From Curvularia clavata (Eukaryota): a DNA stretch of 64,000 bases. Location of the stretch: assembly GCA_023920165.1 (NCBI GenBank), contig CP089274.1, forward strand, positions 4,836,001 to 4,900,000. Reading direction: 5' to 3'. The translations under genes were made by a program, and so were the position numbers. The notes under the pieces are model-generated. The model made no database searches and was not told where the DNA came from. It saw nothing but the letters and a program-made list of their open reading frames with translations. Below are positions 49,901 to 59,897 of this stretch, piece after piece. Position 1 is the first letter of the stretch. Each line of letters starts with the position of its first letter.

Positions 49901-52900
49901 CTAGACTAACTGACAAAGCCAGACCCTTCCTGATCCTACTCCTATGCCTAGTTGGGTCTCACTTACAGCCGAGCTTGACGGTCGATACTCAGAGGGTATC
50001 CATAACATATTGCTACCAGCGTAGATAACCCAGTTGCCACCAGAATTTATACTCGCACCCTGGTACTGAAGTTTTGATGCTGCAACGTTGATGGGGTTCG
50101 TGACCTGGGAACTAGAGATACTGATAGTGCCTATTTCTGTATAGAGTAAAGTGCCAGTAAAATCGAAAGACAAGTGCAAGAGGGATATGCCAACGTCAAG
50201 GGTATGTAGGCACATCTCGCTGCTTGCGTCCCAGATCTTGACGGTGCTGTCGTCTGAAGCTGACGCTAGCCGGGTCGAGTCGTGCGAGAAGGCCACCGAG
50301 CGAACACTATCGCTATGGCCCTCGAGCGTGTGTACACACGTCCCACTGCTCACATTCCAGATCTTGACAGTGCTGTTATTTAATGCTGACGCTAGCCGAG
50401 TTGAGTCGTGCGAGAAGGCCACTGACGTAACAGCATTGCTATAGCCTTTAAGTGTGTGCACACACATTCCTCTCCTCATCTCCCAGATCTTTTCATAGTT
50501 GTCGTCTGATAATGGCGCTAGCTGGGTCGAGTCGAGTGAGAAGTCCACTAAGCTAATATTGCTACTATAGCCCTTAAGCGTATGTAGACATGTTCCGCTG
50601 CCTACGTCCCATATCTTAACAACATCGTCCCAAGATGATGAAGCTAGCCGGGTTGAGTCGTGCGAGAAGGCCACTGATATAACAGCATCGCTATGGCCCT
50701 GGAGCGTGTGCACACACGTCCTGCTACTCGCGTCCCAGATCTTAACAGTGGTGTCCATTGACGCTGACGCTAGCCGGGTTGAGTCGTGCGAGAAGGCCAC
50801 TGACGTAACAGCTTTGCTATGGTCCTCGAGCGTATGCACACGCGTCCTATTGCTCATGTCCCAGATCTTGACAGTGCTGTCGTCTGACGCTGATGCTAGC
50901 CGGGTCGAGTCATGCGAGAAAGTCACCGACTTAACATCCCAGGTATGGTCCTGGAGCGTGTGCAAACACGTCCCGCTACTCGCGTCCCAGATCTTGACGG
51001 TGCTGTAGCCTGACGCTGACGCTGACGCTAGCCGGGTTGAGTCGTGTGAGAAGGCCACCGAACTAACACCATAGCCATGGCCCTCGAGCGTGTGCACACA
51101 CGTCCCGCTGCCTACATCCCATATCTTAACAGTGTCGTCCCAAGATGATGAAGCTAGCCAGGTCGAGTTATGCGAGAAGGCCACCGAACTAACACCATAG
51201 CCATGGCCCTTGAGCGTGTGCACACACATCCCACTACTCGCCTCCCAGATCTTGACAGTGCTGTCGGCTGACGCTGACGCTAGCCAGGTCGAGTCGTGCG
51301 AGAAGGCCACTGAGGTAACCCAACCACTATGGCCCTCGAGTACGTGCACACACGTCCCACTGCTGGCGTCCCAGATCTTGACGGTGCTGTCGCCTGACGC
51401 TGACGCTAGCCGGGTCGAGTCGTGCGAGAAGGTCACCGACGTAACACCACTACTATGGCCTTCAAGTGTCTGCAGACACGTCCCACTGCTAACGTTCCAG
51501 ATCTTGACAGTTCTATCGTCTGACGCTGACGCTAGCCGAGTTGAGTCGTGCGAGAAGGTCACTGACATAACAGCATCGCTATGACCCTGGAGCGTGTGCA
51601 CACACGTCCCGCTACTCGCGTCCCAGATCTTAACAGTACTGTCCTCTGACGCTGACGCTAGCCGGGTTGAGTCGTGCGAGAAGGTCACTGACGTAACACC
51701 ACTGCTATGGCCTTCGAGTGTCTGCAGACACGCACTCCAGCCGTTGCTTATAGCGGGCTTGATCGTTACTCCTCTTGGCTCTTCGTGCTGGAACAGCCTT
51801 CTTACTATGCTATTAGCTGGACTGAACAGCAGAGCAGATGCGTATGCCTGTAAAGGATAGTTCTCGATCGCCTCCTTATGATACATAATGAACCGTCGTG
51901 CGTCGTACACGATCTTGTTCAATACGTCCGTGTCTCCAAGTCCCTAGCTACGTTAGTAACTACACTGTGAAGGCCGTGTATAGATGTAGTTGTATTAGGC
52001 GTACCTGGACTAGATTCCATAACCTTGTTATCGAGACTACCCCTTTGGCCATGCTTCTGCACAAGCTGAGCGCTTCTAGCCAGTAGAGATATTTTTGCTC
52101 AAGAAATGCGTCTATAGTCCTAGTGATTTCTTGATTAGTAGCACTAGATTTTGAGTCGCAGAAGTGGTCAATCCAGTACACACATGGGTAGCGCGACGCG
52201 GCTAGAGGATCGGGAAAAAGTGGCTTAGCGTCTTCAATAGCATATCCAGGCGCTTGAAGGTTGTATATATCTCTGCGCAGTGTCTTGTGCAGAACTACAA
52301 GTGATTTCGCGAAGATATCTTGATGCACACATTCTATACCGTCTAGAAAGACGTCATTTAACGCTTTCGTAGTAAGGAAGTCCTTAGCTGATTGATGTAC
52401 AAAGTACACCGTATCGTCTCGCAGCGTTAAAAATGATCTACAGAGACCGATAATCTCCCGCACGGACTCTAGATCATTAACAAGGTCTGCAAGTTGCTTA
52501 GTTAATATAACTAGCTCATTAACTGTGACCGGTCGATATAGGACAGCAGCCACTGCTAGCACCCGCAGACATCTTCGAGCGCTACTAGACTTATGTATCT
52601 GATCCAACATCTGCCTAAAAAGTGAGTCTAAACCAGGCGGGAGCCGGGCTAGCATCTCACGCACGTCCCATTTCGGCGTCGCTTTGAGGTCTTGGCACAC
52701 TAACGCAACCCAGAGGAAGGTGTCGTTCGCATTCGAGGTCAAGTGCTGGAGCACCGCGTCTTGCATCTCTGGCGTATAGCGCTTCTCTTGGGCTAGCCGA
52801 GATACCTTCTGCTGGATAAAGACCTTAACCGCTGCTGAGACTAACTCGGCGTTCAGCTCAAGGCTTAGCAGCGTTTTGCGCTCTACACGCTCTAGTTGTT

Positions 52901-54233
52901 CCTCGATAGTTGGCCAGTTTCGACTAGACACGATCCACTTGACGCGAGAGGACATAGATGACTGCTCTACGATAAAGCAAAGTAACTTTAGCTGATTAGT
53001 TATGCATTCATCGAGTGCGTCGATAATTATGTACGTTGTGCCTAGACTTGCATCTTGCAGCACGTTAGCGAAGATCTCTGTTAGAGCGACCCAGGCATTC
53101 GCGTCCTCGAACAAGCTTTTGCCTGCATGGTCGTGCTTCTTGCGGACGTGCGATACAAGAGACGGCTGCTGGTGTATAAGCATATACAATAAACCCCGCA
53201 GCACAGCGGTGGCACTATTAATGCGCGAGTCAGTCGCTTGGCAGAAGAAGTACGACAGAAGAGTATTCTGAGGTAAAGAACTTCGCAGTTCGTTGATGAC
53301 GCCACACAGCAGCATCGTTTTTCCCTTGCCAGGATCGCCTTTGACCCAGAGCAGTCGGCTGTGCTTGTCCTTATGCCACTGCTTAAACGCGGTGTTGTCG
53401 AGGATCCAACGGTAGGAGTCTACTAGCAGTCCGCCTTTTGTCTCCTCGATGCGCTTCTTGTCGTCGCGCGGGTCTGTTTGGCGTATGTCTTGAATGCATC
53501 GTTCCAGCTTGTGAACCTCGTCCATCAGACGCTTGAATGCGCTCGGTCCTCCTTCACCGTAAGCCGGCGCAATCTCAACATCTAAGACGCCTGCTAACGA
53601 ATACCACGCATCTTCATCGCGTTTGGTCTGCCTGTCGCCTTTCCACTGCAGACGCTGCTTGATACTAAAACAGGAAAGCGGAGTTCCGCTAAGAACTTCA
53701 AGCGGTATACCTGTTGTCTTGTGAATCGGGAGCTTAAGCGAAGTCTTGTTGCCAAGCATCTTTCCTTCTTGAGAATAAAACTCAACAACAGTAGGGGCGA
53801 GAAGCTCTTGAAGCGTCCAGCCACGTGTGAACCACCGACTCGACCTGAATGCAAGCTCCGAGCTGGGCCCTACAGACATGCAATCAGCGTTGATAGACAC
53901 ATCTGAGAGGAAGACGTAGCACTTGATGGCAGAGCGGTACCAGTGAAACATGGACTGTATCGCACACGAATGTTCAGCCTTATCTGTCGTGTCGATGCAG
54001 CACGTGTCAATCCAGAAGTACTGGAGATTGTCGTGCTGCGCTTGTTTTCCGCAGAAGAGGATCTTCTTGTAGCCTGGCTTTATCTTGCCACCGCCTGTCT
54101 GGAGGTCTGCAAAGGTCACCTCGTCCCCATCTGCCTCCCAGGTGTGTGAAAGTATCGCGTAGGGGGGTACAGCGCTATCGTCGAAGCTGTGGATGCTGAG
54201 CTCTCCGCTTTCGCTGTACTGTAAGAGCCGCAT
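49901..54233 (-). CDS. HET-NACHT-WD40 (HNWD / HET-E-like) fungal NLR, ~1423 aa, intact
   Basis: HET motifs YAILSHTW, YFWIDTCCID and SRWFTRGWTLQELLAP. NACHT Walker A GDPGKGKT and Walker B IIIDALDEC. 12 WD40 repeats. One 61-nt intron (51944-52004; GTACGC..ACTAAC..TAG) joins the two ORFs in frame. Confidence 0.95.
50210..51727 (-). repeat. Highly internally conserved WD40 array, 12 x 126 bp (one unit is 132 bp)
   Basis: Span of 1518 bp = 12x126+6. Consensus (V/L)HTLEGHxxxVxSV(A/T)FSHDSTRLASASxDxTVKIWDxSSGTC. Confidence 0.95.
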
Positions 54234-54934
54234 AGGTTCGTATGGGTGTGTACTAGGCGCACGCGATAGGAACGAGACTCGAAAGGCCGAACTCGGTAAC
54301 CTAGTTAGTCGCGCGGGCGCTTGTTGGCTGCTTTTCTGCTACCGATAGATGGTCAGCATACAGAGAAAACGACGAGCAGGTGCACCGGCTCAGGTACCAG
54401 CAAGATCCTTGTGATGCGTCAAGGTGTCGCGACTTGAGGCTGCCGGCTTTGTTGTAGGTACTCTTGTTTTGGTGGAATTATGTGTGAAGCCCCAGGCGGG
54501 GTAAAGCGTGCCATGTGTACTGCTCGCAAGGCTGAGCCGCGTCTGCATCCAAAGCTGCAAAGGAGCTGAAGCCCTTGGCGCTATTGCCAGGGTCTAAGCA
54601 CTGACGCGCTTAAAGCTTGCCATTACAACTCAGGACATATGAGAAAGCAGTTGCGTAAATGCAACACTTGGTTAGTTATAGACAGCATTTATGTTTAGAT
54701 TCGACTCAAATTTTCCTTCCTATCGGGCCTACTCAACGCTGCGAGATCCTGTCATACAGAGCTAGAGAGAGTGGTCTAGTACATCCTGGCTACAGGCGCT
54801 CTCCATGCAGATACCAGCGCATGTGTTAGCTTAGGCGCATTGATATTTTGCATTGATACTTCAAGCTTCAGCAACGATAGAATTGTCGGTCCTTCTAACG
54901 CGTCGCTCTTGAGAAGCCAACAGAATCTACAACC

Positions 54935-55480
54935 AGTCTGCTTCTAAGAATAGCTGACAACTGTGTGCTTGCGCAGCACACGGTAGAAGCTTCTAGAGCG
55001 CTGCGCCACAGCTCGAGCCGTCTTGGTACAGTGTAAGTGTATACATCACAGGCCCCTAAGCTTTCAATACTGGCTGTGTCAGTACGCTAAGTCTTCTCGT
55101 CCAAACTGATGAACTGGCACGTCGCACCGGAGCAACTCGGAGAGCACTTGGATCAGGGCTGCACACATTTCTAAGAGTAGACTATATTATACAGTTACTT
55201 AAGTATCTTATAAGGGCTCCGAAGAATCGGGCGATAGTGTTATATAAGAGAGAGCAGGGGTGTTTTGTCGTTGCACCTTCTATGCCAAAGACAAGAAACT
55301 TAAGAACACAAGCTACAACGTTGTAATTTTACTATGTAGAGTTTGCACTAGGTAGATATAAAGGCAAAGAATACAACCTTATCAACTTGACCCTATACGA
55401 TTGTGCAAGGTGGGTACAACATGGTTGAACAACATTCATGGTTCGTTGCGGGGGGATGTTCGACCCGCAGGGACGGACGT
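54935..55480 (-). repeat. Right long terminal inverted repeat (~550 bp)
   Basis: Reverse complements of the left-arm anchors lie at 55386-55398, 55251-55269, 55002-55017 and 54943-54953. Spurious ORFs on opposite strands of the two arms share peptides (MVEQ.SWFVAGGCST, YRVKLIRL). Confidence 0.9.
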
Positions 55481-56410
55481 TATATAGACCGTCGATCACA
55501 AGTGCAAAACTTGGATCAATGCTGGAATACATTGCTTATCGCTTGCAACAGCCAGACCAGGAACTTGCAAAGGACTGTCCAGAAACAAAGTCGTGCTTGA
55601 CGCACCTCTGACATAACAGTCGCAGCGCAGACCTCCCCTTACAAATTTTTTTGCAGGCAGAACACACAATCAGCGCAACTCTGGCAAGCCAACAGCACGC
55701 AACGCATCGCACAACATTCGCTTCAGCAAGCTGGCAGAATGCAGCAAAAACCACCTTAGTAAAAAGGCATGTCCCACACCATCCCACAACTCCAATCCAT
55801 CTTTTCACGGATAATTGCAGTTGGTAGGAAAGACGGGCGGATTATCTTCTACGGGGCCGGGAACGGAGAACTATCCACAGAGGAAAAAGAGGGATAACTC
55901 TCAGCAAGCCGCTTTCGCGGAGCCACGATTTTTAGGTATGTAGATTACCAACTGATGATGAAGAAGAAAGAAGAGGGACGGGGACCGGCGTGGCTTTATA
56001 CCTACGTACGCCGGCGCGCCGGGGAGGGGCTGGGACGGTCTGTGCGGTGAGCTAGCTTAGTCAGCAGTGGAGGCTGGAAAAAAAATCGTCAAATTTCCTA
56101 GGGACGGCTGGACGGCGGGGACTCGGAGTGGGGCATAAAATTCACTGATGCTCGGCATGAGAGATGGCTGGTAGCAATGGTTGTGCAGCAAAATTTCAAT
56201 GTCAGGGACGGCAAGTTTGCATAGCACGGGAATAGTCCAACTTCATCACGCTTCATAAAAAGACACTCAAATGGCGGGTTCAGGCATGCATTCAAGCTAG
56301 CTAGACCCATCCGTTCATATCCATCGAGATTCCATAAGATCGTAAATCATGGCCATTTGTCTTCCGACAAATCGCCACGACATAACCCAGCAGACATAGC
56401 GATAGACCCT

Positions 56411-57170
56411 CTAGTAGAGACGCTTGGGGGGGCTCATGGTGGCCTTGATGGTCAAGGAGCCCACGTTCTGCCATCCCTTCTTAAGCAGAGAGACGAGGTA
56501 GTTGATGGCCAACATGATGTTTCCAATGAGCTCGTCCTCGGTCATGCCAACGTTGCCAATAGCGACACCCATGCACAGAACCTTCTTCAGCTGGAACTTG
56601 ATGGTGGACTTGATGTCGTTCATCTTCTGGGCAAGGTCCTCGTTGTGGGAAACGGGGGTAGGGAACTTTCCGGCCTTGGAGAGACCGGGTCCGAGGAGAC
56701 GAGGAATCTGCTTGATGAGGGCGTCGGAAGCCATGAAGGCATCGTACTTCTTGGCGAGCTTCTTGATGAGCTTCTTGTTCTTGTTGAGCTTCTTCAAGTC
56801 CTGTCCAAATTGTCAGACATATTCGAATGCGAATTCTATCGTACTACTCACATCAGTGCTCATGGCATCGACACCGTGGTGCTTGGCACGGTCAATGTCG
56901 TGCTGGTCACCGAGAACGCAAATGCTCATGCCTAATCGCATCCATTAGCCCATGCCTACTAGCCTTTGTCTCCGGTATCAACTTACGAGGACGGGGAAGG
57001 GTGGGGAGCTTGATGGTTCCGGAGAAACGCTTGTCACGCTGGGGGTCGTAGTTCTTGAGGCCGATCTGGAGTTCGACGGTCTCGAGGAAGTTCCTCTTCT
57101 TGGTCTCGTTGGAGTACTCAAGGAGCTGTTGGACGTTCGTGCGAACGCCGGCGACAGAGATTTTCGACAT
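56411..57170 (-). CDS. RPL1: 60S ribosomal protein uL1 (L1/L10a)
   Basis: '[28 protein letters not shown]', '[13 protein letters not shown]', '[14 protein letters not shown]'. Two introns. Confidence 0.97.
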
Positions 57171-57948
57171 GTTGGCTGATGTGTCTCCCAGAGGATATCG
57201 GTTCCTTTGGTGGCTCTGTCAGTGGTGGTGTTGGAGAAAAGTGAAACTGGTGGCGGCGGATTTCAGAATGTGGGCGAGGGGACGCTAGCGAATACGACGC
57301 TAGACCGCTTTTGTGCACCTGGACACAACTGACTCCCGCAACTCTGGATAATCAGAGTATATGAAACTGCAGACACTAGAGATTGGTCACATGTAGTAAA
57401 GAAAATTAACTTGATAGCAAGTATCTATCTGAAAAGGTCCAAATCCGGCAGTTCTGAGCCGCAAAATACTCATGTCCAACCTCTCCATGCTCATCAGTAC
57501 GAGAAGCTTGCAAAACAGAAATCGGCTACACATGAAGACAGTAGCAGATTTGCACATTACTAGCATGAAACTATGAGAAGAACCATTCAAATATCGTACA
57601 TTCGCTTTTTGTCCCACATAGGTGTGCACTACGCCATGCAATGCCCGAAACTCCTCGCCATGACCATGAGTCCAAGAAGAAAATACAATGCAAGAAGAAA
57701 CAGCACATGCCACAAAAGACTGCTGCTACGGGTATCCCGAGAGAAACCCTAACGCCAGATCCACACCGTTCCCATAAGCCAAACCAGATCAAACCAAGGG
57801 GTATGTTGTGCACACGGGCCGTCGCGCCAGATGGAGCAAAAGCAAAAGCCAGAGATATACAGAGGGCGAGAGAGGGCTGTTCGGGACTGCTGAACATACC
57901 CGGGCCATTTGTCGAACTAATCAAAAAGCCACCGTATCATTCGTCATC

Positions 57949-59220
57949 TCAGTGCATGAGCTGCTGGTTGTTCGTGGCATCAACAACATTGTCGGACAGG
58001 TTGATCAAGAGTTGAGCGAGACAGCGCTTGGTAGCGGCATCATCCCGCAGAACAGAGGAGAAAGTAGCATCACGCAGCGGCTCGGGCAGGCACTGGCGGA
58101 GCGCCTCGCGAGCGCGAGCGTTGTCGCTCAAGCTGTCCAAAGTTAGACAAGAAAATGGAGGTGTATATGTCGAAGCAACTTACCGAAGAAAGCAGCGCAC
58201 AACGTGCTTCAGCAGGCGGACCGTCTGCTGTTCCACAAGCTGATTGACCATGTTGCTGAGAACAGTGCCGACAGCGTAAAAGCGCTCATAGGTCTGGCAG
58301 ATGTAGGCGAGCCCAATGTCGTCAAGCAGTATCTTCTGGACGATGAAAATGGCCACAGTCTTGCTGAGTTCAGAGCCTGTCTCCATAATACGCAGACAGA
58401 GCGGAATGATCTCGGTTGTGAGCAGGAAATTGATGACTTCAGAAGAGTCATTCTTGACAAGAGCGCCAATTACACCAAGAGACGTCAGGCGTAGGTATTC
58501 GAAGGGTCGTGACTTGGACGTTGTGTTAAGAAATGGATATAAGAAGAGCGGGATATGCGCTGTGATACTGTCAGTTACGTTGACCTAATGCGGAGTGTGC
58601 TCCATACCGCTCAAGAACAAGCCACGCGTTTCGGTGTGAGAAGCCACGCATTGGAGAAGCGCGAGAGCATTGCAGACACGGTTGGAAGCTGCAGCAGTCA
58701 ACTGCGAAGGGTTGAGCAGGGGGTAAACCGATATGATCTCCTGGAGAAGGGAGGCCATGACACCTAGCAGATAGTCGTCAGTACTGCGTTAGAATATCAC
58801 GCATCTAATGGCCATACCAAAGGAATGCCAGAGAATCAGAGCCAATTCTGGGACCTGCTCCCGCTTCTTGCTCAATTCCAAAAGCGCTGCCTCGCGAGTG
58901 GCAGGCTTCATGAGCTGGGCGACCCATTCCAAGACGCGCCTGTTCTCGTCCGTCATGCCAACATCGGCTGCCTGGACATCGTTTGCTGGCCCCCGAGGAA
59001 CGGCGTTGTTGCCAGGTAGGGCCGAGCCATTGTTGGCCGCAAGCTGCTGGTGATACTGTCGCTGCGCAGCCGCCTGGACAGCTTGCGCCTGTTGCTGGGC
59101 ATGCAACTGAGCGGCTTGCGCTTGATGCTGTCCGTGCTGGGCTACATGGTGTTGCGGCTGCTGGTGGTGGCCCTGACCCCACTCGCCGTACTGTTGCTGA
59201 TGCGCGAGGAAATGTTGCAT
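57949..59220 (-). CDS. CAF40: CCR4-NOT subunit Caf40/Rcd1/CNOT9
   Basis: '[27 protein letters not shown]', '[23 protein letters not shown]', '[16 protein letters not shown]'. Gln-rich N-terminus. Three introns. Confidence 0.95.
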
Positions 59221-59897
59221 TGGCTGCGTGTCGTAACGGGTTCGTGGATGGTGTGGTGTATCAGTGAGAAGGAGATGGATTGTACGCGTCTAGATAGAAG
59301 GCGACGTGCGACCGAAGAATAGGCGGGTGGGTTGGCGGGCGGGCGATGAGGGATTGGGCGTGGGTGAGTGTGCTCTGGCTACGCTCGAGAGGTGAGGCCT
59401 CAAAGCACCCCACTGGCGCGAGCGGCTTGGCGTTTGCGGGAGCTCGTGCTTTCGACGGAGATCGACGGCGCGTCCGCATCAGGTACAGCTTAGGCAACGG
59501 TATAACGTGGTAATAGCACAATAATAGTAAAACTATAGTGAAGGTGACGGGGCAGCAGTGAAGGGAGCAAGTGCCCCTGCAAGGGTCCAATGAGCCCACA
59601 ACCCTGTGGAGTGAGAGCTGGACTCAAGATTCATTATGTCACATCTAACGTCTTGTCCATCCCCATGTGCTCCCGACCGCTCGAACCATTACAGGGAAAC
59701 GACAAATGAAATTCGTTGGGCGGTTTTTGTCTCATGAAGAAAATTTGCTCCCAAGACCTTCGAACTACTTGAAAGAAGAAAAAAATTATAGTCAATAGGT
59801 GGGGTTCAAAGAATTGACGTCCGCATGCCAATTTTCGAAGAAATTAATGAAAAAAAAAAGAATCCAATACTCTCATACACCGTTTCCAACAAACTAA

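Larger units (their letters stand above)
49217..55480. mobile_element. Non-autonomous TIR element (~6.26 kb) with flanking TA, carrying an NLR gene; Tc1/mariner-pogo-like ends
   Basis: Left end TA|ACATTCGTCCCTGTGGGTCGAACATCCCCCCGCAACGAAC. Right end GTTCGTTGCGGGGGGATGTTCGACCCGCAGGGACGGACGT|TA. The first 63 nt match at 57 positions as reverse complements. No transposase ORF inside. Confidence 0.8.

Noticed and set aside
50210..51727. Regular repeat array resembling CRISPR repeats and spacers
   Set aside because: The units are in-frame 126-bp WD40 coding repeats with no unique spacers, the context is eukaryotic, and there are no cas genes.
49200..55500. Mutator-like (9-bp TSD), LTR or Starship identity for the NLR element
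   Set aside because: The flanks share only TA, the repeats are inverted rather than direct, and there is no tyrosine recombinase, gag/pol or transposase.
55780..56100. GC-rich palindromic stretch as a structured ncRNA
   Set aside because: I could not recognise any tRNA, snRNA, snoRNA or RNase P/MRP motif. An Rfam/Infernal scan would be needed.
56357..56948. Long antisense ORFs over RPL1 (similar ones over CAF40, KIN1, CDC9 and TIM54)
   Set aside because: An expected by-product of strong codon bias in the sense genes.
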